Under the pieces are notes generated by a model. The model worked only from the letters and a program-made list of their open reading frames with translations, was not told the origin of the DNA and ran no database searches. A DNA stretch of 64,000 bases from Klebsormidium nitens (Eukaryota > Plantae > Klebsormidiophyceae): the NCBI GenBank assembly GCA_000708835.1, contig DF237400.1, positions 11,934-75,933 on the forward strand, written 5' to 3'. Within the stretch, counting starts at the first letter, position 1. Each line of letters starts with the position of its first letter. Positions 51,601 through 64,000 of this stretch are shown one piece after another. A program made the position numbers and the translations under genes.

Positions 51601-54600
51601 ACCGTCGTCCATGAGAAGCCACATCTGTGGCAGCACCCATACTTCTATGACGATGGCGACCAGTGGCGCGCACCAGGGCCCATACACAAGTTCTACGAGG
51701 TAATGCCAGCAAACTAGAAGTTGCCTCACCTTGAAAGGAAGTGGTATCTTTCAAGAATTTGCACCAACTCGCGGCAACTTGTTCTCATAGGCCACTGCAA
51801 TTTACCGGTTAGCAGTTGCATCGGTGAAAACCCACATATATCAAACAGATATGTACTCATGGCTGCTTCTTTCGTGGCAGGTCCCTCCTGAGTACCGCGC
51901 GCGCGTGGAGCGCATGGACGCTGAGCGCGAGGCTTGGCTGGACGGGTGGAAGAACGCGGGGAAGGAGCACCCTGACTGGCACCAGCAGTGGACGGCGATT
52001 GAGGCGGTGGAGCAGCAGCAGCTGGTGCAGGTTAACTTCGGAGAGCCGTCCCCGCTCATGGAGCTCGCAGAGCAGGCCGACAAGACGGACACCGATGACG
52101 TGCACGAGCAGCTCAGGTGAGCAGCAATGATGCGGTCAGGAGCACCGTATGTTTGCATGCGGGACCGGAGCGCAGGGTTGTGTCTTGATATAGTAGGCGT
52201 CAAGCAAACTGCGTGTTATCTTGCAATTGTCGGCCATGCCAGCGTTGCCTTCTTGCTGGTCTCTTTTTGACTGTCTTTCTCTGTCCCTGCAGGCTGTCGG
52301 CTGCCGCCCGTGGCGCCATTATCCCCAGTGTGCGGGAGCTGCGGGAGTTGGCATCCGGCCGCCAGCTGGGGCCTGGGCAGCTGCTGACGCTGCTGGCGCA
52401 GGGCAAGGCCCCGCCGCTGCAGATGGAGGACATTGAGGCGACCGTCCAGTTCGTGGACAAGTATGGGGACGAAGGCCTCATTGGGGTTGATGATCAGGTC
52501 AGAAGCTACTATACCACCTTGACTACAGGTGCCCTTCTGCTAGGTGCATCTTTCCGCAGCTAAAATCTACGAAACAAATTCTGGTGCCCTTGGTGCTTCA
52601 AAGAAACATCTTGACATTCTATCGAAGTTCGAAGTTGGCTTGAGTTGGTGGTTCCTTCCTCCGTTGCCCTCACCTGCCTCTTCATTGCAGATCGAGGACG
52701 GGCGCACACAACCCATGACCGTGGAACGGGCCAGGGAGCTGCTGTTGGAAGCGATCCCAGAAACGCTCCTCCGAGAAAGTGAGTGATTCCCTCCCCTTTT
52801 TGCAATTGGAATTGCTATTCTGAAGCGCTCACATCCCTCTTCCGTAAAAGCTGGCGACCTTCAATCAGGCTCCAAGCAGTCTTTGGCTTCACGTCGTTCA
52901 TGTGAGATGGCGCTTGTGCTGACAACTGCTCCTGATATGCAGGCCGGCAGAGGTTCGAGGCAGGCAAGACCCTGGAGCCCCCTCCAGTGAACCTGCTACG
53001 TTTGGAGACTCAGCCGATGCGCGCCGCTCCGGACAAGGACAGCCCAGAGTACGCACAGAAGGTGAAGGAGCGGGTGCTGCGGCGCGCGGAGGAGGCTCTG
53101 CAGGAGCTGAACGACCAGCTGCAGGCCGCGCTGCGCCTGAAGCGCCTGCCGGGGCTGCCCCTCACGCTGGACGATGCGCAGCGCGACTACCTGCGCAAGG
53201 TCAAGGACGAGTACCAGCTGCGCCTCAACACCATCCGGGAGCGCCGGCTGCGAGCAGTGGCGGTGGAGGAGGTCCCGGCCAACGAGGGCAACATGGGCGG
53301 CCTGGACCTAAGCGACGTGGAGCGCAAGGCCCGCCTGGAGCGCCTGCAGATGGGCCGGGAAAGGGCACTCCTGCCGGGGGAGGAGGAAGTCGTCGGCGGG
53401 GAGGAGCCCAAGGGGTGGCAGGAGAAGGCGGACCGCGCGACGATTCAAACGATGGCGGACAGGGAAGACGAGCCGGAGAGCGCCCTGGTCCTGCGTGGGA
53501 TGCTTCCAGACGAGCTGAGAAGGACGCAGAAGCACGCGCAGCGCTTCTACAATCTGGAGCTGGAGGCCACGGAGAAGCTGCTCGAGTTCAGCCGGCTGCT
53601 CGAGAACTACTCGCGCGTTCCCAACGACGCGCCTCTCGAGAATCCCTCCTCCGCTCGGCCCCCGCTTCTTCCCGCCCACCCTCCTGGCCACATCTCCAAC
53701 CCTCTGCCACCAGTGAACACCCCCGCAGAAGCAGCGGAGGCAGTCATGAGCGCGGCCTCCAAAGCCGGTCATGCGCCCCTCCGCGGGGCCAGCAAGTTCC
53801 TCGGCATCCTGCCGTTCGGTAACTGGTTGCGCCCCGCTTCCTCCCCGACCCCGGTTGAAGCCTATGCTGAATACCTGGAAGAGCTGCCCGTGCGCAGCAA
53901 GCTGGAATGGACGGCGGATGCGGCGCCGCGTGTGGCAGTCGGGCCTGGCGGGGAAGTGATTGAGGCGGAGGGTAACTTGGAGTACCAGGACTCGCTAGAG
54001 CGGCTGCGTGCGGAACGGGCGCAGCTGGCGGAGGACATCCGGCGCGAGCAGGACGAGCTGATGGTGGAAGAGGCGAGCACGTACGTGGCCAATGTGGTGG
54101 ACCTGGCGCGGCGCGAGGCGGCCGAGCTGCAGGCGACGAAGCTGGACAGCCGCTTCTGGGGCGACCAGGCAGAGGAGGACAAGAAGCGCCCCATCCACGA
54201 GTGGGAGCCCAGGCCGATTGGCAAGACGGAGGAGGAGCTGGGTGAGAGCCTCTGCTCAGCCGATGCAGCCTGATGGGTTTGTTGTTTCATATCATGCTCA
54301 CTGCGTTTCCATTACAGAGTTGTGGTGAGAACGTCTCTCAGTCTACATCATCTCCTCTTTGGGAAAATCTGTCCGGTTCTAGCGAGTCCAGTACCCTCTC
54401 CTCGCTTTGTACTCACAGCAACATCCTGCCAGGCGTCTCTTTTGTTGGATGCAAGTTTTTGGGCTGCTCATCCGAGACCCCTTCCTAATCCTCCACCCCC
54501 CTCTTCCCTTTGCAGCTGAGGAGTCCCGCTCCATTCGTGACGAAATCCAGCGCCGGTTGGAGGCGGCACGGAATGCGGAGGAAGATGCCGAGTTTGATGC

Positions 54601-57600
54601 GACATTCACGCACGAGGAGAACCAGGAGCGGCTAGAGCTGCGCGAGGCGCTGGAGCGCAAGAAGGCTGCGCTGGACCCCGAGGCGCGGCTGGACAAGCTG
54701 CTGGCGGAGTCCACGTACAGCCAGCCGGGGGCGCTCGTGGAGCTGGAGCTGGCCATGGAAGAGGCCCACGTGGGACCCGTGCTGCCCGTGCCCGCGGCGC
54801 CGGGCGCCGAAGACTACAGCGAGCGGGTGAAGGAGACGTTCCGCGAGCTGCAGGACGTCGAGCTGGACAGGGCGCGTGACGCTGCGCAGAGAACCAAGGG
54901 ACGGCTCACAGCGGAGGAGGGCGAGGAGGACGACGAAGACGACGAGGCAGCACTGGCGGCGGACGCGCGCGCACAGATCGAAGGCCCGGAGGGGGAGGAA
55001 GATAGTGTGAAGCGGCTGGAGCGGCTGGAGAAGAAGATCATGGACCTCAAGTGGGAGCGCGTTGTGAAGGAGGACAGGGAGGCTAGCAAGGCCTTCCAGC
55101 TGCTCGGAGTGACCTACGGTGAGGGCTACCTTTCTGGCCGGCTTCCTACAGCCGTACGCTTTGCCGGCGCTGGCCCACAAGGTGGCGGCTTAAGAACTGA
55201 TTTTGCTCGCTTGGCTCGTTTCGGCCAACCCAATTGGACGGTGGGTGCCGAAGGCATTGTCGGGTGCTGTCGGCAGCAGCATCGACTCGCGTTTTCAAGT
55301 TTTCTCGGCCTGAAAGCAGTGGTTGTCTCAGGTCCGAAGAGAAGACCCTCTTGATTTGCAGGAAGGACTACTTAGATGGTCAAGCTGCTCCCCACTTCGT
55401 CTGACTGGCCTGGTCCCTAACCCTCCCGTATTGCATGTGCAGAACCGCTGGTGCTGGCCCACAAGCGCCTCATCTCGGGCCTGCGCAACCGTGAGCTGGC
55501 CCTGGACGCACGCCTTGAGGCCGCCCTCGCTGACTTCTTCGCCCAGTGGGAGGAGCAGTACGGCCCGGGCGAGCCCGAGCAGGCGCGCATCTTTGACACG
55601 TGGCTGGCCAAGTGGGTGGCTGCCGAGCAGCGCCTGGACGTGGAGCCCCAAGAGCAGCTGGCAGCACGTGCCCAGCAACCGCAGCCGGTGCGCGTGGACG
55701 AGCTGCTGCTGCAGGACCAGGCGACTCCCCCGGTGCTCAAGGGCTTCCTGGCCAAGCTGGCCGATCTGGAGAAGCAGCGTGACGCCGAGGCTGAGAAAGA
55801 GCAGAAGGCCTGGGAGGGAGGCCGCTTCCTGGCCCTGCCGGCCCCTGGCGAGGCGCCCCCCACGCCGCCGCGGCAGGAGGTGCCTCCGTTGGAGCTGCAC
55901 GACGGGCTGGATGCGGTCGACATTGCACAGAGGCGCGCGCGAGAGCTGCTGGCCGAGCTCCAAATCGAGCGCGTGGAGGCGGAGGTCACCCGCCAACTGC
56001 GGGCCCAAATTGCGGCACCAGATGGCGGCTGGGACCTAAATAAGGCCGCAAAAGCACTGCGCACGCTGGGAAGCGAACGGCGCAGGAAGCGCGCAGAGGA
56101 GTGGGATGCGGCCCTGCGCGACGCATTTGAGAACGGGAACCTGGACAAGTACCCCCTGCTGGTGCACCTCGAGCGTGCTGCGCAGGAGGAGCTGGGCCTG
56201 CAGGGCGAGCTGCCGCGCGGCCACATCCTGTGGGCGCCGCTGCTGCGGCCCCCGGCGCCCTTCCCGGCCGCGGGCCTGGAGGGCAGCCCCACTCTGCCCT
56301 TGCCCTTCCGCATTGGAAAGGAGAACCTGCTGGCGCGCCTGCGCAGCGACCCCGAGTCCCCACTCTACGACGGGTCCGCGCCTACCGACCCCATCTTCCA
56401 GGAAGGAGCTGTGGCATGGGATCTGGCAGCGGATGCGTACAGCGGGGTATATCGTCCGGACTCGATTATTCAGCCAAAGGACAGCAGGGCAGGAAGCGGC
56501 AGCACAGAGTGGGAGGCCGCCGAGCAGAAAGGAGTCAAGTGGTTGAGCGAGCTGCAGACACGCATCCTGGACTCCGAGGCGCCAGGGTGGAGAGAGAAAG
56601 CGGCGCAGGCGGCCCAGATTGCGGCTCCGTTTTCCGCAACCACGGCGGAGGCGGGGCTGGAGGCGCTGGCGGAGCACCCGCTGTTCGACCTTCAGGTGAA
56701 GCCGGCGGACTTCAAGGAGCAGCTCGCCGCCCGCCTGGTGGTGGCCCAGATGACGGGCCGCGTATTCAACATGCTAAACATGGAGCTGGCGCCCGGTACC
56801 GACCAGGCTGAGTACGTGTTCGCCCCCAAGACCCGCGCGCCCGATGGTGACACCGACGCTGGGGAAGATGCGACCATCTGGGACGACCCCGACCAGCCCG
56901 AGTGGACGCCCGAGCTGTCCATTTACGAGCGCAGCGATGCGGTGCGGGGCCTGGTGGCAGGCCAGGTGAAGCAGCTGGCCCGCTCGGTGCCCGCGCCATC
57001 GGAGCTACCCCCCCCGGGGTCGTCAGTTAACTTCGACTCTGCGGTGGAGCAGCGCAAGCAGCAGGTGCTGAAGAACCTGGTCAAGAACCATCACCCGCGC
57101 AGCTACGAAAAGCTGCCCCGACAGCTCAAGGACGCCCCCGAAAGTTGGCTGGTGAGCCTTGGCATCGCAAATAACAGGAAGAAGGCTGCTAACTTGCCGC
57201 ACAGCTGGCAAAAGGTGCTTGGATAGAGTCTGGTCGCGGCTGTGTTGTACCTTACCGCCAGGAGCTTCACTACGATTACTGCTCTGCCTCAACAGCATAC
57301 TTGAAGCACCTTCGCCGGCCCAGGCTTACTTGGGTGCTTTCTCTCTACAGCCTGGCGAGAACGAGTTCACAGCCAACGAGGCGGAGGTAAACCGCTTCAT
57401 TGACAGCGTGCGGGAGCCCAAAGACCTGGAGACGACCATTGCGAGTTTGCGTAAAGTGGTGGCCGCCCAAGACGAGTTCTCCCAAATCGTGAGCGCCACC
57501 GCCCGGAATTGCACGGAGTGCTCTTGATATCCCATGAATAGCTTGTAGTCGGAAGATGCATTGTCTGCTTCCATTGGACTTTTTTGGTCGCTGATACGCA

Positions 57601-60600
57601 TTGTGAGCTCATTCTGGCACAAGATCCTGATTGTGTCGAGCATTGATTCGGTCCGAGGATGTCACTTTGAGACGGATATATCTACTGCTTTCACGTCCTT
57701 GCTCACGTCTGGGCACCAGATAGGAGTGCCCATCGCGCCTCCCTCAAAGTTTCTTCTTGGCATGTAGGTGGAGCGCGGCAACTCCCTGATGACGTCTGCG
57801 GAGCACCAATTTGTGAAGGAGTTCTTGGTGCCCAAGACGGCGGAGCTGCACCGGTTGGAGAACAAGCTGTGGAAGGAGGGCCTGCTGCTGGCGAAGGAGC
57901 AGCCGGAGCTGATGGCGTTCTGGAAGGCGGAGTGGAACGCACGCGAGGCGCTGCAGCGCGGGGTGGCCGCGCTGATGGACCAGCCCGAGGCCAAGCGGAC
58001 GCAGAAGCAGCACGACGAGACGGAGGCCGCGCTGAAGGACTGGTACGGCCGTGCCAACGAGACGCTCGAAGAGGCCGCCGAGAGGAAGGCCGACGACAGA
58101 GCCACTCTAGAAAGTAAGTGGCTCGGCTATGTTGCTGAGGTCTGAAGTGGTTATGAGCTCCAGGTTCGACACGGCACCCTTTGAGAGGCGCAGTTGCCCA
58201 TCAAGAGCGGTTGCCGTATTCTGGCCCTCTGTCGATCATGTCCTTCCATGGAATTCGTTGGATGAGAACCACCTCGAAGTCATCTATCGCCCAAGCGATC
58301 CGCACTAGTCTGTGTCTTTGAACCGCTCAGTTTTGGTGCGTTGTGTGCTGCGCACCAGAGCCGCGTGTGCTTGTGTGCAGGCCGGCTGTCGGCTGATGAG
58401 TTCCTGGCGCCGGAGGTGGATTACAACGGGCGGCCCGTGCTGACGGGTGCGCCGGAGGAGGTGGGGGCCAACCCCGAGGAGGAGTGGGAGCTGGCGTACG
58501 AGGAGATGGAGCAAGACGACGCGAACGCCTCCTTCTACAACAGGCGCGACGAGCTCGACGAAGAGGTCAGCGGCTGCTGACGATGCATACTCAAGTCGCT
58601 TGGTGTAAGCGGAAAGGAGGCTGCCAGTTTCGAAACAGAGGGCCCTGGACCTGAATGAGTGCAGGGAGTCGACTTGACTTTCTAAATTGTTCACGACTTG
58701 GAGGCTACTCGAGGTCGTTACATGCACCGTCCTTGCTTGCCTGAATCTCACATGTGGGATGCATGCGGGGTGCAGTTCTTCGAGGACGGCCTACGCAAGG
58801 CACGCGATGCGATCCGCAAGCTGGGCGGCACTGCGGCTTTCTCCGAGGACCTGGCCAACTTCACGCGCACGCTGTTCAAGGACGACCTGGAGCTCGCCAA
58901 GGAGCTGCTGGGGCCCGAAGACGAGCGCACCGACGGGTGAGCCGCCGGGGCAGCCGCACTCTTCGGGCAGGGAGTGGAACACGCACAGCCAGGACCAGAC
59001 TCTCGTGTCAGCACGTTTTAGAGTGTCTTAGGGCCCAAGCATGTCTTGGCGTGACAAGAACGCTACCATTCGTTTAGGTGGATAGTTCGAGACATCTGCG
59101 TGACTGTTTGCCTCTTCCGCTTGCTCTCCAGGGACGATGACGGCGACGAGGAGTACGAGGAGGTAGAGGTGGAGGTGGAGGTGGACGACGACGAGGAGGA
59201 GGCCTACCCGCAGGAAGAAGGTCAGCCGGGCAGCCAGCCCACCGGCACAGTGCAGGCACACAAGGATGACGATTGCAGCACAGGCTAATGTATGGGAGTG
59301 TTCGTAACTAGTGCTGTACTAGCGCGTGCTTTGAATACCTTCAACCAGTAGCTTTGCTCAGCTCACTCTGCTTTACATTCGGGCAATTCAGCAGTTTCGG
59401 TCAAATGAGCCGCCTTTGTTTGGCGGTCGGCTCAGGTTGGATTTTTGGGCAGCTGGACAGGTTGGACAAAAGGTGCAGGAGCCTTTCCTGCAGAATATGC
59501 GGGCGTAACCTCATGATCATTCTTCGCGCTCGTGCAGGTGACTTTTGGGAGGCCGTCAAAAGGCAGCTGCACGCGACTTCACCAGCAGACCTGGACAAGA
59601 GAGTGGCGGAACAGAGTGAGAACCATGTCGAAGTTGCTGGCGTTCTGGCAATCGGATGCTGACATCACCTGAGAGCAGGATCACATCTACAGTCCTCTCT
59701 ACAGCATGCTTACCATGTGTTTACCAGTCAGCATCTGCCGCCGCCTGCTCGTGCTGTAACCCCTGCTTGACGCTGTTGCTGCAGAGACCCGCGCGTTGAG
59801 CCTCAAGGACGTGTTGCCAGATGCGCTCGAGTCCAAGATCACAGCGCAAGTGGAAGCAGAGCGGCCTGCCTCAAGTAAGTTCGTTGGCGTACCCCGCTGC
59901 TCACAAGTAGCTGATGTCAGGCCAGACTCAATGGTCTGCTGCACGACCCGAGATCCGCCCAAGCCCCCTCTGTTGGTCCGTCCTGGATTAGGACCTTCGC
60001 ATTGAACTGCTTGAGAAAGCTCCGCCCCAGGTGCTGACTTCATCCTGGTGCGCGCTTGGCGTGCAGAGGACAAGGCGGTGCTGTGGAACATGACGGAGGA
60101 CGACGAGACGAAGCTGGACGTGTTTGCAGTGGCCCCCGACGGCAAATTCTCCAAGTTCGACTCGCAGAACCGCGCGTTCCTGCCGTACGCCGACCTGGAC
60201 GCGCTCGTCGTCAACCCCGCAACGGCGAAGCCGCGGCCAGGGTCCCCTGAGGAGGAGGCTGTCCTGGCCGCCGAGCAGGAGGCCAAGAGGGCCGCCGCCG
60301 AGGAGCGCCGCAACCGCGGGCTGGACGACGTCATCCCGGCCGAAAGGGTGAGGGCCCGCAACAGGGCTTCCAGCTTTTGACGTGGCCTTCAAACGAGGTT
60401 CACAAGCCGTGTGCATATGCGCATCGTGTACTTTCCGCTCTGCGCAAGCGGACCTGCAGACGGGCGGGCATGCAAACGGCCTGCCAGACGGCCATTTTGA
60501 TACTCATTTCCTTTGAGTAAAAGTGCAGGACAGCTGCCTGTTGAGACGGTTGATTGGGCTGCCAACTCTTGCTCGATCAGCGTCTTCGAGAGCACTTTAG

Positions 60601-62778
60601 TGCTGGTTCTGACTGCGGGGGTGTGCGCCGCGTGCAGCTGGAGGTGGACCAGTACGGCTACGCGGTGGTCAAGTCGGGCGTGGAGGAGGAGGAGGAAGAC
60701 GAGCGCACGACGGGCCAGGAGTGGCGCCGCCAGCCGTGGTACAGCGACGAGCCCTTCTTCGACTTCCTGGAGATCCCCAAGGCCGCGCCCGAGCTGACGC
60801 TGGACCACGAAAAGGAGTTCCTGCTTCAGGGCGTGTGGGCCGCCGCAGCCAAGACGCCCTGGATTGGCGACGAGGGCGAAATCACCGACCCCGAGACCAA
60901 GAAGGTGAGCGCCACGTGCAGTCGCAACGATACGGGTGTTCCCGGAATTCAATAACAGAGCGTGCCATAGATATAGTTGGGCGCTCACGCAGCCTCAGAC
61001 AGGGGCCAGCTCGACCACCGCTACTGTCATCACACCCTCTGTGACCATCTGCAGAAATGGCGGACAGTTGGGGCCGGGGTTCTACCGTGGAGTCGACTTG
61101 TCCCTGGGTGCTCGGCGGCGACTTTGCCGCATGTCATAGTCCGCCTGCCCTGGTTCTGACTGCGTCGGGCCGCTGCTGGCTGCTGGGTGCTTGCAGGAGC
61201 GGGTGGACGCTGCAGTGGCCGCTGCAAAGGAGGCGGGCGTGCGGCGCAGCCAATGGGCGTCGGCGTCCAACCCGGACGACGCCAAGATCGAGTACATGCT
61301 GGCGGACGACGTGGACGAGGTGGAGCGGGACGTGCTGCAGTGGGTCACTGTCACGGGGGCCGAGGGGAAGCCCTTCCTCATCTCCCGCAACGCCGAGGGC
61401 GCGCTCGTCGCCAAGGGCATGCCCGCCCCCGAAACCGAGGTGAGGCCGCACGCACACACCCCCAGCCCGCAGGAACGGCCGCTGCTGCGGCCTCGTTCCT
61501 GAGTCCTCTTGAGTAGGACATGGCAGAAACGAAGTTATTGACTTGACTCGTTTAGGGTTCCTCAAAATCCTACGTGCCCATTGGCCCTCCTTAGGCCTCC
61601 TTAGGTCTGCGTCGCTTGCCATGGCTCAAAACCCGGTATTTGCTCATCCTTAGGACCTCTAGACGGACTTTTGTCCCAATCAAGCTCTCTTTGGGGAGCT
61701 TTGTTGGGGCAGCCTGTCACACTTTTCGTCCACAATTTCTCGATTGCTTGCGCGCGCAGGAGGAGCGCGAGGAGCGGCTGAAGCGCGAGGCAGCAGATTT
61801 GGTGCGCAAGGCGCAGGACGAGGCCGCCGACGACGAGTGGGCGCGCCTGCTGAAGACGGAGGAGGAGGTGGCCGACGCCGAGTATCCCCCCGACGGCAAC
61901 TTTTGCGAGTCGTCGGTCGGCAACGACGATGACGTGGACCCGGACGCGGAGGTGGAGGTGGAGGACGACGAGGAGGAGGAGGAGGACTTCATCGCGGACG
62001 AGGAGCCCCTCGCCGACGATGACGACGACGACGCGGGCGGCGAGGCCGAGGAGGAGGACGAGCTGGACGCGGAGGACGCAGCGGAGCTGCAGGAGGTCAT
62101 CCGCAAGATCAACGCCGGCGAGTTCGTGCCGCCCCGCATGCCCGACTTCCTGCGCAACCTCCTGCGCAGGAAGCCTGCCAAGCGGCCGCCGCCGCCCACG
62201 CAGGAGCCCGGCCCAGGACCAACTGCGTCGCTCACCCTGGGCGCCCTGCGGGTGCTGCCTAACTACACGGTGAGCAGGCATGCAGCGGCAGCACGGGCTG
62301 CGCCGGGGAAGACCAGCCAAGGCGGCATTGAGTGATCTCATTGATGAAGTGGAAAGCGAAGATAGATCTTCCATTGCCGGAGCGCGGCGAACCAAATTGA
62401 CTTTCCGTCAGAGAGTGCTATATTGATGCAAACAGCTTGCAAGCTTACTGAACCGGCCCATCAAAGCATGACCCGTGCAGGCACTGTCATCGTATCTTGT
62501 CGGAATTTTTGGCAATTTCAAGTCCTGCTTCTGTGGATTTGCACCGTCAAAGGCTTAGCATGATTTATCCCTTGCAGGACGCCGTCCGCTGGGTATCAAA
62601 GATGTCGGCCGAGATGCAACACAGACCGCCTCGCGCTGCCAAGAAACTTCCCAAGCATCCCAAGGGAAGCAAACGGTCGAAAACCGCGTCGAAGGGAAAG
62701 CGTGCATGCCCCGTTGACAGGGGCTGCTTCTCGTTAGCATTGCCACTCGGGAAGTGGACAATCCCGGAAGGAATCTAA
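48657..62778 (+). CDS. TIC100: Very large TIC100 (EMB1211)-like MORN-repeat chloroplast import component, 25 exons, about 2655 aa
   Basis: Exons 48657-49066, 49563-49751, 50024-50335, 50656-50752, 50905-50967, 51135-51201, 51599-51699, 51881-52116, 52293-52497, 52691-52778, 52943-54241, 54516-55118, 55443-57151, 57351-57488, 57768-58113, 58381-58565, 58776-58936, 59132-59220, 59538-59615, 59785-59874, 60067-60347, 60638-60904, 61197-61439, 61760-62269, 62578-62778. All GT-AG and phase-consistent (7968 nt). MORN motifs YAGEWWGGLRQGHG and YSGQWYRDTPEGCGV. LAQLAAQKAKMFQYKP and QHPYFYDDGDQWRAPGPIHKFYEVPPEY..MDAEREAWL match my recollection of Arabidopsis TIC100. The last intron is less certain; read-through would stop at 62335. 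Confidence 0.85.
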
Positions 62779-63457
62779 GAGCTAAGCTTGCTGACCAATT
62801 GGTCAGAGGTTTGAGTTGTCGAATGATCAGCAAGAAGGGGTTACGAGGAGTTTTATGCATGAGACACCCCTTCTTCAACAAGCAATTTTGCCGACAGCTA
62901 GTTTCATAGGTAGCTAGTCAAGCATACCATTCGACACGCAGAGACAGCAGGCACATTCATGGAAGAGGTTGAAAGTTAAACCGCTGGTGTCTTATGGACG
63001 CTTGAGAGAGCAGTTTCCCGGGCCCGCCGCCTCTGCTTCAGATTCCATCTTCGCCCGTCTGGTCCTCCTATTGGCATACTGCTTGGAAGGTCCAGAGTCG
63101 CAACTTCTTTGTGCACAATTGTTGTGGCATTCCATTGAATAGTCGTGATTAAACAAACGTACATGCATCCGCTGCTGCCAAGTTGCTCAGCTCTATCACT
63201 GCACACATGCGCGTTGCCATCGGAAACTTAGATGTAATCGGCATGGAACTTTGCTTTGTCCTATCCGGCGCAGCCGTCATGTGCCCGGCCAGTATATTCA
63301 CGTCAATTTCGGCCATATGCATGGCCTAGCTAACTTCGCATGCAGGACAACTAGTCTGTATGCCAAAAGCTTGTAAGTGGATGCGCGGGGTTCAGCCTGC
63401 AGGCTCGATGCTAAATTCTTATGAAATTGGTTGCTCCTGCAATCTGCATAGCAAGCT

Positions 63458-63712
63458 GATTGCCTAATGTTGCATGTGCACATGCGCGATATGGTTATTA
63501 CCGTACGTGATCGTCCATCACGGCGCGCGCGCACATGCTGGCATGCATGTCTGAGTTAGTCACATGCATGAACATCATGCAGGGCTATGCAGATTGCCTA
63601 ATATTGCATGGGGATAGTATGCATGTGCAATGGTTATTACTGTGATCGTCCATCACGGCGCGCACACATGCTGGCATGCATGCCGCCATATAGTAGTCAC
63701 ATGCATGAACAT
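63458..63712. repeat. Imperfect tandem duplication, period about 134 bp
   Basis: GATTGCCTAAT..TTGCATG..ATGGTTATTAC..GTGATCGTCCATCACGGCGCGC..CACATGCTGGCATGCATG..TAGTCACATGCATGAACAT occurs at 63458-63575 and 63592-63712. Confidence 0.9.
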
Positions 63713-64000
63713 GAGAGCGCTAGCTAGTTATATACCAAGCCGGCGCGTGATACAACTCAAATATAAGAAGATCTCAGTCTTTGATTGACTAGTCAATATT
63801 GCAACATGTGTCAAATGATCATCTGCATATGATCCATTTGATGTGCTTAATCATTGAATCTGGATCGGACATTCGATCGATTTTGAGACTGGGTATACCT
63901 ACGCCCTATATATGTGCAGAGTTAATCTTCAACCCACTGGCTGATTCATGCATTATCAGGCCGCGCGCAAGCTCTAGACCTCAACAACATATACAATGTG

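Noticed and set aside
52987-57226. Treating the 428-aa and 591-aa ORFs as separate genes
   Set aside because: Each is flanked by in-phase GT-AG sites linking it to neighbouring exons, and their ORF-track stops fall inside predicted introns.
53187-62395. Minus-strand Ser-rich ORFs opposite the TIC100-like gene
   Set aside because: Antisense reading of GAG/GAC-rich acidic codons, not independent genes.
1219-62778. Functional organelle-biogenesis gene cluster (ClpR4, BRAWNIN, APP1-like, VPS13, TIC100)
   Set aside because: The genes act in different compartments and are interleaved with housekeeping genes; chance adjacency in a compact genome is sufficient.
62990-63150. Protein-like open frame (YGRLREQFPGP...LLWHSIE) downstream of TIC100
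   Set aside because: No start codon or convincing acceptor, and no recognisable family.

Overview
Gene-dense, intron-rich nuclear DNA of a green plant-lineage eukaryote. Exons are GC-rich and most introns are 100-600 bp and GT-AG. The BBX, ClpR4, TIC100 and VPS13M-type content points to a streptophyte, probably a Klebsormidium-like alga (inference). I rebuilt spliced gene models by hand and checked exon phases for all genes except most of VPS13. Family assignments rest on motifs and on homolog sequences recalled from memory, not on database searches. Left to right: 5' exon of a BBX18/19-type B-box gene (-, runs off the left edge); plastid ClpR4 (+); SSSCA1/ZNRD2-like Zn-ribbon gene (-); proteasome alpha-5 (+); APP1-like HAD phosphatase (-); a BRAWNIN/UQCC6-like microprotein gene directly upstream of it (-); a 28.6 kb VPS13M-type gene (-); and a 25-exon TIC100-like gene (+). 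No rRNA, tRNA, CRISPR array or coding transposon was recognised. Top observations: (1) the TIC100-like protein is about 2655 aa, roughly three times Arabidopsis TIC100, with a very large acidic helical insert; (2) the BRAWNIN-like and APP1-like ORFs are so close that a bicistronic mRNA is plausible; (3) four intergenic spacers carry clusters of perfect 10-14 bp palindromes; (4) VPS13 has an in-frame glycine-zipper-like exon before a C-terminal Vps62-like module.
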